This document shows positions 19,173-28,550 of a stretch of 64,000 nucleotides of DNA, piece after piece. The translations under genes were made by a program, and so were the position numbers. The DNA lies in the NCBI GenBank assembly GCA_045541395.1, contig JAZQIZ010000031.1, positions 3,519 to 67,518 on the forward strand, written 5' to 3'. How positions within the stretch are numbered: the first letter of the stretch is position 1; every line of letters begins with the position of its first letter. Source of the stretch: Eubacteriales bacterium (GTDB taxonomy: Bacteria > Bacillota > Clostridia > Oscillospirales > UMGS1783). The notes beneath the pieces were generated by a model, which made no database searches, was not told where the DNA came from, and saw only the letters and a program-made list of their open reading frames with translations.

Positions 19173-19206
19173 AAAAAACCTCCCTTAAAACGGGAGGTTT
19201 TTTATA
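19173..19206. terminator. bidirectional terminator
   Basis: Stem aacctccc (19177-19184) with gggaggtt (19192-19199), flanked by an A-run and a T-run. Confidence 0.6.
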
Positions 19207-19208
19207 TA

Positions 19209-20396
19209 TTACAGCGAATTGCGAATTATAAGCTCCAGGTCTGCGGCGGTGGGCACTTTAACATGAGTAAGCCAGATAGGATGGTCAAAGCCTAAGTTTT
19301 TATCAAGATAATCCATTATGGCGGGAATATCATTTTCAGTAACCCCGAAATCTGAAAGACGTTTATTAATACCGCACTGCTCTTTAATTTCGGTTATTAC
19401 AGAGCTTAAAGCCTTGGCCTGTTCATCTACGGAAAGAGCGCCAAGCTCCGGCCTTAAGGCAACGGCAACGTCTGCAAGGCGCTGTTTGCCTTCAGGGTAG
19501 GTCCAGTTTATGATTGCCTCCAAGGTCACAGCCAGGGTTTGGCCGTGTGACATTTTGAAAAGACCGCTTAACTGCTGACCGATAAGGTGGCCGATGGTAG
19601 TATTGGTTAAAAGAAGATTATAACCTGCAAGATTTGATGCGTAAGCCAGATCTGTACGGGCCTCAATATCATCGCCGTTTTTAACCGCCTTAACAAGGGA
19701 TCTGCCAATAAGACGTATGGCATGAAGAGCGGTTGCCTCGGATAAATTGGATGAGGTTGAAAGCATATAGGACTCGAAAGCATGGCAGAAGGCATCTATA
19801 CCCGTATATGCGGTTTGCTCGGGAGGCAGGCCTACTGTCAGAGCAGGATCCACCAGCGACAGATCGGGGATCATACAGGGGCTTGATATACCCGACTTGA
19901 CCTTCTTAACGTGATTGGATATAACCGCGCCCTTGGACATCTCACTTCCCGTGCCGGAAGTGGTTGGAATTGCAACAAGAGGAAGCTTACCGTTGGTTAC
20001 GGCTTTAGGGCAACCTACAGTGCCGTCTTCCATAGTCTGGGCACAGTATTCCCAGCAAAGGCCCTCATTTTTTGCAAGGACTGCAGCGGCCTTTGCAGCA
20101 TCGATACAGCTTCCGCCGCCGAAAGCGATCACAAAGTCACAGCCTTCTTTTTTTATAATCTCAACGCATTTATCGACTTCAGTACAATCGGGGTCGGGGT
20201 TAAAATCAAAGAAGAATACACTTTCGATCCCATTTTCCCTCAAAAGAAGTGATACCCTTTGATGATACTGAGAATCTTTAAAAAACTTATCCATCAAAAC
20301 GCAGGCCTTTTTACCCATATCCTTTACGTAAAGGCCCAGATTATCTATCTCTCCTACGCCAAGATGCGCGTTATAATTAATTTGCAAGTCAGACAT
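19209..20396 (-). CDS. iron-containing alcohol dehydrogenase
   Basis: GGGSCIDAAKA motif and His-rich metal site (HAFESY...H). 395 aa. Confidence 0.85.
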   Translation of the reverse strand: MSDLQINYNAHLGVGEIDNLGLYVKDMGKKACVLMDKFFKDSQYHQRVSLLLRENGIESVFFFDFNPDPDCTEVDKCVEIIKKEGCDFVIAFGGGSCIDAAKAAAVLAKNEGLCWEYCAQTMEDGTVGCPKAVTNGKLPLVAIPTTSGTGSEMSKGAVISNHVKKVKSGISSPCMIPDLSLVDPALTVGLPPEQTAYTGIDAFCHAFESYMLSTSSNLSEATALHAIRLIGRSLVKAVKNGDDIEARTDLAYASNLAGYNLLLTNTTIGHLIGQQLSGLFKMSHGQTLAVTLEAIINWTYPEGKQRLADVAVALRPELGALSVDEQAKALSSVITEIKEQCGINKRLSDFGVTENDIPAIMDYLDKNLGFDHPIWLTHVKVPTAADLELIIRNSL

Positions 20397-20410
20397 TTAA
20401 ATTCCTCCGA

Positions 20411-22552
20411 TCAAACAGGCTTATAAGTAAATATTTTGGCGGTGTATACTTCTTCTATATTTACAGTGAAACCATTTGTCATAAGCTCAAGCCCTGTAAA
20501 TACAGCGGGCTCATTGGTATCAATATCGGTTACAATATAAGAAGCATTAGCATCAAGCCCCGAAAGGTAATAGGTTTGGGTGGTTTCGGTGCTTTCCCCT
20601 CTCTTAAACACCTGAATTATGCCTGTGGAGGTTTTATAATCGTTAAACTGCCAAGCCATCCAGGTATTTTCCGTATCATTAAAGGGAGTAAGGGGATAAT
20701 AGTCCTGAGTAAGAAATGGGGCATAAGCCAGACTTTCATCTATAAACTCTTTTTTATAAGCAACCTGACCTTCATGATTCTGCTCCATGGGAGTGAAGGA
20801 ATAGCCGTTAGAGGTAAAAAGCTCGGAACGGGAAGCGTATTTATCATTAACGTAAATGCCGTGGCCGGAATAGGGCATATAGAAATTAATACCCCAGCTC
20901 TGACACTGAGCAATTATAGGGCCTTTATTGTTATCGTCACGCCAAAGAGCAACCGAGCGCTTGGTGGATTCCAGATCAAGACGCTTGCCGCCGGAGGCAC
21001 AGTTATCTATATAGGTACCGGTATGCTCAAGAATTGCATCGAAATACCTTAGATAGTTGATTATATAGCGGTTTTCAACGTAACCCTTACGGCCCTCTTC
21101 TTCTATAGATTGCCAATATGATTTAAGGGATGCGCCGCCGTTTAAATTACAGTCCTGTCTGTAAATATCAACGCCGTTTTCGGTAATATGATTGCAGATA
21201 TAATCTATGAGCCAATCGGTAGCTTCATCGTTGGACAAATTAAAGCAATGCCAGCCCGAAACGTTCTCGATTATATAATCGGTACCCTTGAATCTGTTAT
21301 AAAAATCTGAGTTGGTAACAAGTCTTTCAGGCTCATACCACAGAATAAGACCCAGACCGTTTTCATGGAGCTTATCTGTAATAGGCTTCAAAGTGCCGTT
21401 AAAACGCTCCTGTGAGGGGGTCCAGCTGCCTGTGTCGGTCCAGGATGTAGAATCGTTGGCCATATCATACCAGCCTGCATCCATTTGCCAATAGGTTATC
21501 CCAAGATCCTTCTGTGCCCACCATTCAATGGCCTTAAGCTGATTTTCGGTGGTGGCCTTTACCGTAAGGGCAGTATAGCCTGCGGTATTGCCGAATATGT
21601 TTGTTTTAATAGGTTCACCGTTGGGCTGAGGCATAGCAATATTATAAACCCATCTTCTCCAAAGGTTTTGGGAGCGCATAAAGTCCTTTTCCCAGAAAAG
21701 GAGAGTGATCAACGGGGAGCGTATCTGCTCACCGGGCTTAAGGTAGGTATTAAGGCTTTCCTGTTTTGCTACTACGCTTACGCCCTGGGCGGTATTTTCA
21801 AAATTAGTTGCCCATTGTCCGGACCAGCCGTTTGAAATAAACACGCCTTCCTTACCCCAAGCAGCCTTTTCATTTTCCCACTGCAGGTTTGCATAGGGAG
21901 CCCAGGTAACAGAGGATTTACCGCCTGAACCTGAAAGCATTTTTTTAGCGCCTTCCTCTAATATCCTTGCTTCCGCCTTAAAAGACTCGGTGGATTCATG
22001 GCTTCCTTCGAAGGTTGTAAGGGTGATATCGCCCTGATTATCCTGTGCGAAGGTGTCTGTAAGGCCGTAAAATTCGGATATTTGTTCAGAATTTTCATTA
22101 CCCGTATTGGAGAGCCACACGGTCCATTCTATAATTGCATACTCTTTATAGAGAGTAGCATATACGGTAACTGTAATGGGGCAACCTTTCTTTACATAGG
22201 TTAAGGTCCAATCGGTTCGAACCTCGGTATCGGCGGTTTCTTCTGCGGTAAGATCCCAATTCTTTATATCCTCAGCAAAGGAGATTTCGCCTATTTTAAA
22301 ATCAAAGGCACTGTCTTTGGTTCCGGCCGCTTTCAGAATATGATTTTTTAAATACTTTTCCGCTTTCCTCAGTTCATTTTTGGTTGTGTTTGTATGAGCA
22401 GAATCCAAAGCATATTCTCTATCCATAAAGAAATACTGAATATCTTCACCCTTATTTGCACTAAGAGCATAAGCGGTTTCTTCCGGTGCGCAGGCACCAA
22501 GGATTCCGACACAAACTGAAACCAATAGGATCATGGCTATAATTTTTTTCAC
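20411..22552 (-). CDS. lipoprotein, GH36-like (clan GH-D) glycoside hydrolase, paralog 1
   Basis: GTG start. Lipobox ILGAC. Catalytic-domain motifs WQMDAGWYD, LILWYEPERL, DIYRQDCNLN, DNCASGGKRLD and LWRDD line up with GH36 DDGW / WVEPE / KWDMN / CSGGGGR / SDNTD. Confidence 0.7.
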   Translation of the reverse strand: MKKIIAMILLVSVCVGILGACAPEETAYALSANKGEDIQYFFMDREYALDSAHTNTTKNELRKAEKYLKNHILKAAGTKDSAFDFKIGEISFAEDIKNWDLTAEETADTEVRTDWTLTYVKKGCPITVTVYATLYKEYAIIEWTVWLSNTGNENSEQISEFYGLTDTFAQDNQGDITLTTFEGSHESTESFKAEARILEEGAKKMLSGSGGKSSVTWAPYANLQWENEKAAWGKEGVFISNGWSGQWATNFENTAQGVSVVAKQESLNTYLKPGEQIRSPLITLLFWEKDFMRSQNLWRRWVYNIAMPQPNGEPIKTNIFGNTAGYTALTVKATTENQLKAIEWWAQKDLGITYWQMDAGWYDMANDSTSWTDTGSWTPSQERFNGTLKPITDKLHENGLGLILWYEPERLVTNSDFYNRFKGTDYIIENVSGWHCFNLSNDEATDWLIDYICNHITENGVDIYRQDCNLNGGASLKSYWQSIEEEGRKGYVENRYIINYLRYFDAILEHTGTYIDNCASGGKRLDLESTKRSVALWRDDNNKGPIIAQCQSWGINFYMPYSGHGIYVNDKYASRSELFTSNGYSFTPMEQNHEGQVAYKKEFIDESLAYAPFLTQDYYPLTPFNDTENTWMAWQFNDYKTSTGIIQVFKRGESTETTQTYYLSGLDANASYIVTDIDTNEPAVFTGLELMTNGFTVNIEEVYTAKIFTYKPV

Positions 22553-22609
22553 TTTTCTTGCCTCCGATTTTGTTTTTTATAATGTACCATATTTTTTTGC
22601 AAAAGGCAA

Positions 22610-22642
22610 TAAAAAAAGTTGCAAAGCATTTGCTTTGCAACT
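22610..22642 (-). terminator. rho-independent terminator between GH paralogs 2 and 1
   Basis: 11-bp stem agttgcaaagc (22617-22627) with gctttgcaact (22632-22642). A T7 run follows on the minus strand. Confidence 0.6.
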
Positions 22643-22654
22643 AATTTTTTAATA

Positions 22655-24820
22655 TTACTTTTCAACAGGAGCGTAATGGAACATCTTGCACTCACGCTGG
22701 CCGATAGCATCGCCGTGAGGCATATTAATTGTAATGCCTTCGGTCATAAGCTTCTTACCGGAAACTTCATAGGTTTCTTCGGTATCAACGTCGGTAATAA
22801 CGTACTTAGTGCCTGCATCAAGGCCGCTAAGCTTGTAGGTATGGGTACCTACGCCGTCACCTGCGCGCTTGAAGGCCTGAACGATACCGGAGGATGTTTC
22901 GGGATCGTTATACTGCCAAGCCATCCAGCAATATTCGGTATTATCCCAAGCAGTAAGAGGATAGTAGTCACCTACTAAGTAGGGAGAATATTCTTTATGC
23001 TCAGCAAGAACCATCTGGCAGCCTGCAATATCTTCATCGTTAAGATGGTCGATCTGGTTGTAAGCAAAGCCTGTATACTGCATCATATTAGAACGGTATA
23101 CGTAAGGATCGTCACTTAAGGTACCCTGACCGGAGTAAGGCATAAAGAAGTTGATGCCCCAGCTCTGGCACTGAGTAAGAGAAGGCTCATAGCACTTATC
23201 GTCTCTCCAAAGAGCAACTGCGCGCTTGGTGCATTCCAGGTCAAGACGCTTGCCGCCGGAAGCGCAGTTATCAATAAAGGTACCTGTGTGTTCGTTAATA
23301 GCATCGAAGAACTTAAGGAAGTTTACAATGTAACGGTTTTCATTATAACCTGTTCTGCCTTCTTCCTCATATTCTTTCCAATATGTCATAAGGGAAGCGC
23401 CGTCGTTCAGGTTGCAGTCCTGTCTGTAAATGTCAACGCCGTTATCATCAATGCACTTGCAGATGTAATCCGTAAGCCACTGAGCAGCTTCGTCATTAGA
23501 GAAGTTGAAGCAGTGCCAGCCTGCAATGTGCTCCATATAATAATCCTTGCCCTTGAATTCATTGAAGATATAAGAGTTAGTAACAAGTCTTTCAGGCTCG
23601 AACCAAAGAATAAGACCCATACCTTCTTCATGGAGCTTATCGGAAATAGGCTTTAAGGTGCCGTTGAAACGCCTGATAGAAGGAGTCCAGGAACCGGTAT
23701 CAACCCAGTCAGTAGAGTCGTTAGCCATATCGTACCAGCCTGCGTCCATTTGCCAGTTATCTACGTTAAGGTCATAGCCTAACCAACGGTCAATAGCTTC
23801 TAACTGATTTTCGGTATCAGCCCAAACAGTAAGGCCGGTTTCAGCTGCGGTGTTACCGTGGGTCATAGTGGGGATAGGTTCACCGTTAGGCTGAGGCATA
23901 GCTACGTTATATACCCATCTTCTCCAAAGGTTCTGAGAACGCATAAAGTCCTTTTCCCAGAAGAGCATAGTAATAAGGGGTGAACGGATAGCATCGCCGG
24001 GGTTAAGATATGTGTTCAATCTTTCCTGGTTTGCAGTAATAGCAATACCCTCACCGGTATTTTCAACTCTGGTTTCCCACTGGCCGGTCCAGCCGTTGGA
24101 AATGAATACGCCTTCCTTGCCCCATTCGGCATCTTCATTAGCCCACTGAAGGTTAAGGTAAGGAGCCCATGTAACAGAGGATTTACCGCCGGTACCGTTA
24201 GTACCCTTAAATTTGCCCTCTTCAATTACCATAGAGTTGGGCTTGAAGGATGCATAGTCTTCATGGCTGCCTTCGTAGAAGGTGCATCTAAACTCGCCAT
24301 CTGCAAATTCTTCGCCGAAGGTATCATTAAGAGCTAAAAGCTCGGTGATCTGGCCGGTCTTTTCATTGCTGATATTGGTAATCCATACGGTCCACTCAAT
24401 AACAGCATATTCTTTATAAAGGGTTGCATAAACGTCAACCTGAAGGGGGTTGCCGTCTTTGGTGTAGGTTAAAGTCCAATCAGTCTTAACTTCATCATCG
24501 CCTGTCTGCTCGGTCTTGAGAGTCCAGTTAGCAATATCCTCAGCAAAGGACTTGCCGTCCAGTAAGAAATCAAAAGCAGAGTCGCCGTTTTTTGCAGCTT
24601 CAAGGATCTTGGTGGTAAGATACTCTTCAGCCTTATCAAGCTCAGCCTGAATGGTGTCAACGTTGGAAGCGTCAAGAGCATATTCTCTGTCCATAAAGAA
24701 ATAAGCATCTTTATCTTCGATCTCATTGGATATCTTTATAAGCTTACCTTCCTGAGAGCAGCCTGCAAAAAGGCTTAAGCACATAATAAGAAGTAAAAGC
24801 GCAGATACTATTCTTTTCAT
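22655..24820 (-). CDS. lipoprotein, GH36-like glycoside hydrolase, paralog 2
   Basis: Lipobox LFAGC. Same motif set (WQMDAGWYD, YRQDCNLN, DNCASGGKRLD, LWRDD). Collinear with paralogs 1 and 3 along the full length. Confidence 0.7.
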   Translation of the reverse strand: MKRIVSALLLLIMCLSLFAGCSQEGKLIKISNEIEDKDAYFFMDREYALDASNVDTIQAELDKAEEYLTTKILEAAKNGDSAFDFLLDGKSFAEDIANWTLKTEQTGDDEVKTDWTLTYTKDGNPLQVDVYATLYKEYAVIEWTVWITNISNEKTGQITELLALNDTFGEEFADGEFRCTFYEGSHEDYASFKPNSMVIEEGKFKGTNGTGGKSSVTWAPYLNLQWANEDAEWGKEGVFISNGWTGQWETRVENTGEGIAITANQERLNTYLNPGDAIRSPLITMLFWEKDFMRSQNLWRRWVYNVAMPQPNGEPIPTMTHGNTAAETGLTVWADTENQLEAIDRWLGYDLNVDNWQMDAGWYDMANDSTDWVDTGSWTPSIRRFNGTLKPISDKLHEEGMGLILWFEPERLVTNSYIFNEFKGKDYYMEHIAGWHCFNFSNDEAAQWLTDYICKCIDDNGVDIYRQDCNLNDGASLMTYWKEYEEEGRTGYNENRYIVNFLKFFDAINEHTGTFIDNCASGGKRLDLECTKRAVALWRDDKCYEPSLTQCQSWGINFFMPYSGQGTLSDDPYVYRSNMMQYTGFAYNQIDHLNDEDIAGCQMVLAEHKEYSPYLVGDYYPLTAWDNTEYCWMAWQYNDPETSSGIVQAFKRAGDGVGTHTYKLSGLDAGTKYVITDVDTEETYEVSGKKLMTEGITINMPHGDAIGQRECKMFHYAPVEK

Positions 24821-24917
24821 TTAGTTACCTCCTATAAATTTAGATTGTATTTTCTAAGCTCGCAGAAGGCTTAAAGCCTTCTGCGGCTTTTATAGATAAA
24901 ACTCTAAGAGGAAATAA

Positions 24918-27083
24918 TTAAGCAACGGGAGCGTAGTGGAAGATCTTTGCGCCGAATTCGTCCTGAATGTTGATCTGAACACCGTCCTGCATAAGCTGCT
25001 GGCCGGTAAGCTCAACAAATTCGCCGGTATCAATATCTTCAACGTGGTAGGTAGTCTTAGCATCAAGACCGTTCAGGTAGAATATTGCGCTGTCCTGATC
25101 GGATTCCATACGCTTGAACATCTGAACAATACCTGTAGAGTCGGAAGCATCGTTATACTGCCAACCCATCCAGGCAGTCTCTTCCTGAGAGAAGGGAGTT
25201 AAGGGATAATAATCCTGAGTGAGATAATGAGCGTAGGTCTTATGCTCCTCAATAACCTGCTTGTGTAAATCAATATTAGCATCATTGATAACAGTCAGTT
25301 TCCAGGGGAAGCCTGTGTAGGTCATCATATTGGAACGGAAGGTATAGGCCATAGTACCGCTCATCTGATCAAGAGAGCCCTGACCGGAGTAAGGCATAAA
25401 GAAGTTGATGCCCCAGCTCTGGCACTGAGTGAGAGTTGCTTCATAGCACTTATCGTCTCTCCAGAGAGCAACTGCGCGCTTGGTGGATTCAAGGTCAAGA
25501 CGCTTACCGCCGGAAGCGCAGTTATCAATAAAGGTGCCTGTATGTTCAACGATAGCGTCGAAATATCTGAGATAGTTGATTATGTAACGGTTTTCAACAT
25601 AACCTCTTCTGCCGTCCTCATCTAATTCCTGCCAGAAGGAGGAGAGAGAAGAGCCGTCGTTAAGGTTGCAGTCCTGTCTGTAAACGTCAACACCGTTTCT
25701 ATCGATGTTATCGCACATATAATCAATAAGCCAATCGGTTGCTTCGTCGCTGGAAAGGTTGAAGCAATGCCAGCCTGTAATAGACTGAATTATAAAATCG
25801 GTATCCTTGAACTGCTTGTGCCAATCGGAATAGGTTACAAGTCTTTCAGGTTCGTACCAAAGAATAAAGTCGATATCGTGTTTATCAAGCTCGTCAGCTA
25901 TAGGTTTAAGAGTGCCGTTGAAACGCTTGTCGGAAGGCTCCCAGGAACCTGTATCCTGCCAAGCGGTGGAGCCGTTGGCCATATCATACCAGCCGGCGTC
26001 CATCTGCCATGCATCGATATCGAAGCCCAGTTCAACCCACTGCTTAATAAAGTCGATCTGGTTTTCGGTGGTTGCCTTTACGGTAAGAGCAGTATCCTGA
26101 GCGGTGTTACCGTGGATCATAGTGGGGATAGGCTCGCCGTCAGGCTGAGGCATAGCTACGTTGTAAACCCATCTTCTCCAAAGGTTCTGAGAACGCATTA
26201 AGTCCTTTTCCCAGAAAAGAAGAGTCATAAGAGGAGAACGGATAGCTTCGCCGGGGTTAAGGTAGGTATCCAGTCTTTCCTGCTTAGCGGTTACTTCAAC
26301 GCCGCCGCCGACATTCTGAACCTTGGTGGACCACTGACCGGACCAGCCGTTGGAAATAAATACGCCTTCCTTGCCCCAGTCGGCATTTTCGTTTGCCCAC
26401 TGAATGTTAACATAAGGAGACCAGGCAACGGAGGATTTACCGCCGGTACCGCCAAGTAATCTGGATTTACCTAAATCAAGAGTCTTGGTTTCAGCTAAGA
26501 AGGAGGTATAATCTTCATGACCGCCTTCGAAGGTGGTTACACGGTATTCTCCGGAAGCTTCTTCACCGAATATATCATAAAGGGCGTTGAATGCATGGAT
26601 CTGACCGGACTTTTCGCTGCCGGTGTTGGAGAGCCATACGGTCCATTCAATAATTGCGAATTCTTTGTAAAGGGTTGCATATACAGTAACTGTAATGGGG
26701 CAACCTTCCTTAACGTAGGTTAAGGTCCAATCGGTTTTGGTTTCGTCATCACCGGTCTGTTCGGTGGTGAGAGTCCAATTTGCAATATCTTCAGAGAAGG
26801 TGACATCGTCGATCATAAAATCGAAAGCAGTTTCACCGTTTTTAGCTGCTTCAAGAATATACTTTGTAAGATATTCTTCAGCCTTCTTAAGTTCTTTTTC
26901 GGTAGTGTCAACACTGTCGGCGTCAACCGCGTATTCTCTGTCCATAAAGAAATAAGCGTCTTTATCTTCAAGAACGTAGTTAAGCTTAATATCGCCGCCC
27001 TTAGCGCTACCTGCGGAGGAACAGCCTGCTATAAGGCTGAGAGCCATTATAAGAACCAGTATAATGCTTACTGTCTTTTTCAT
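24918..27083 (-). CDS. lipoprotein, GH36-like glycoside hydrolase, paralog 3
   Basis: Lipobox LIAGC and the same motif set. Its ATG overlaps the stop of the upstream CBM gene (ATGA at 27080-27083). Confidence 0.7.
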   Translation of the reverse strand: MKKTVSIILVLIMALSLIAGCSSAGSAKGGDIKLNYVLEDKDAYFFMDREYAVDADSVDTTEKELKKAEEYLTKYILEAAKNGETAFDFMIDDVTFSEDIANWTLTTEQTGDDETKTDWTLTYVKEGCPITVTVYATLYKEFAIIEWTVWLSNTGSEKSGQIHAFNALYDIFGEEASGEYRVTTFEGGHEDYTSFLAETKTLDLGKSRLLGGTGGKSSVAWSPYVNIQWANENADWGKEGVFISNGWSGQWSTKVQNVGGGVEVTAKQERLDTYLNPGEAIRSPLMTLLFWEKDLMRSQNLWRRWVYNVAMPQPDGEPIPTMIHGNTAQDTALTVKATTENQIDFIKQWVELGFDIDAWQMDAGWYDMANGSTAWQDTGSWEPSDKRFNGTLKPIADELDKHDIDFILWYEPERLVTYSDWHKQFKDTDFIIQSITGWHCFNLSSDEATDWLIDYMCDNIDRNGVDVYRQDCNLNDGSSLSSFWQELDEDGRRGYVENRYIINYLRYFDAIVEHTGTFIDNCASGGKRLDLESTKRAVALWRDDKCYEATLTQCQSWGINFFMPYSGQGSLDQMSGTMAYTFRSNMMTYTGFPWKLTVINDANIDLHKQVIEEHKTYAHYLTQDYYPLTPFSQEETAWMGWQYNDASDSTGIVQMFKRMESDQDSAIFYLNGLDAKTTYHVEDIDTGEFVELTGQQLMQDGVQINIQDEFGAKIFHYAPVA

Positions 27084-28366
27084 TCTGCTTTACCTCCCTT
27101 TTTCTTCTTAAGTATAACAACTACAACGGCTGCAATAATAACAACTGCTGCTGCAATGCCGCCTATAAGCGCCCAGTTTACAGGGGGCTTTTCGCCAATG
27201 GAAACCTCTTCGCCGGAGGGAACAACTGCCTGAATGGAAGGCAGGATCTCTTCGGGCTCTGTGTTTTCTTCTTCTACTTCTGTGGGAGTAGCACCAACTT
27301 CGCGGATCATAATATCATCGGCAAAGGCCTTCTTGCCGGAAGCAAGAGCGTTTGCAACTATTCTGACCTTAATGGGGGTATTAGGCGCAACGAAACGGAA
27401 GGAAACGGTTTCCCATTCTTCGTTAGTGGAGCATTTGCCTGCACCTAATCTGCCTTCGTTAATATCGATAAACAAGTTTCCTTCGTAATCTGCAGGGCGG
27501 AAGAAGGATGCGTCTACCTGATAGGTCTTACCGCTTTCAAGCTGTAAGTATGCTTCCTGACCTTCCTGGCCGGTGTAATACACGCCTGCGTTTTCGAAGT
27601 TCTGGCCGGTACCAGCGCCGGTAGCCTGAATACCGCCGGTGCCGTCAACGCCAACACCGTCCATAGGCATCCAATAACCGCCGTTCCAGTCAACTCTGAA
27701 CCACCACTTGGAAACAGCCGCACTGTTAAAGCTGCCGTTATCAAGGAGGTTATCGCCTAAAAGCTGAGTTTCAAGGTCTGCAGCAGGGTCACTGCCGTTG
27801 CTTTCAGCCTTATGGTTGCCGGAAAGGCTAATAAGGCTAATATCGTCTACGGTGATCGTCTCATCTGCAGCAAGACCGTTTACAACAAGTCTTATTTTAA
27901 GCTTAGAAGCTTCTGCGGGAGCAGTAAAGGTAAAGGAAACGCCTTCCCAACCGCCTGCGCCGCCTGCGTGAGCAGAACCGAGCGCGCCTTCGTTTACGTC
28001 CATATATACGTCAGCTTCAACGCCTTCGTCATAATGAACCATAAAGGAGAGCTTATACTCCTCGTTAGGTAATGCTGCAAAGCCTGCTTCCTGCCCTTCG
28101 GATACTGTATAGAACAGGCCTGCGTTCTGATCTGCAGTTCCTTCGCCAACGCCGGTTACTGTAAGGCCGCCTGTGCCTTCATAACCGCCGGAGGCTGTGT
28201 GCTGCCAGGTGCCGCCGTTCCAGTCGGCTCTCATCCACCAGCCGGTAAGATTACCGCTGTTGAAATCGCCGTTCTGAAGCAGGCCGCCACCATCTGCACT
28301 AACGCCTACTACCACAAGGGACATAAGCATAAGTGCCGAAAGAATTAATGTTAATACCTTCTTCAT
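27080..28366 (-). CDS. secreted, C-terminally membrane-anchored protein with two CBM4_9-like modules
   Basis: Signal peptide. Two repeats begin LLQNGDFNSGNLTGWW.RADWNGG.W and LLDNGSFNSAAVSKWWFRVDWNGGYW. A C-terminal TM helix is followed by a KKKKGGKAE tail. Confidence 0.65.
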   Translation of the reverse strand: MKKVLTLILSALMLMSLVVVGVSADGGGLLQNGDFNSGNLTGWWMRADWNGGTWQHTASGGYEGTGGLTVTGVGEGTADQNAGLFYTVSEGQEAGFAALPNEEYKLSFMVHYDEGVEADVYMDVNEGALGSAHAGGAGGWEGVSFTFTAPAEASKLKIRLVVNGLAADETITVDDISLISLSGNHKAESNGSDPAADLETQLLGDNLLDNGSFNSAAVSKWWFRVDWNGGYWMPMDGVGVDGTGGIQATGAGTGQNFENAGVYYTGQEGQEAYLQLESGKTYQVDASFFRPADYEGNLFIDINEGRLGAGKCSTNEEWETVSFRFVAPNTPIKVRIVANALASGKKAFADDIMIREVGATPTEVEEENTEPEEILPSIQAVVPSGEEVSIGEKPPVNWALIGGIAAAVVIIAAVVVVILKKKKGGKAE

Positions 28367-28550
28367 TTACTTTTTCCTCTTTTTAATAAATTACATTAGG
28401 TTTGCCTTTGACGGCCCTTGCCGTCACGAATAATCAACTGCTTAAAAAAACAGTTGCTATAAGCCTGAGCCCTCAGGCTCATAACAACTATTTTTTCTTC
28501 AACGAGGGGGCTGGGAAATCCCAGCCCCCATTTAAGGTAGAATTATTAAA

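Noticed and set aside
24861-24885. 10-bp hairpin cgcagaaggc/gccttctgcg between GH paralogs 3 and 2, considered as a terminator
   Set aside because: There is no U-tract on the coding (minus) strand, so I do not call it a terminator. It may be a processing or stability element, but I have no evidence for that.
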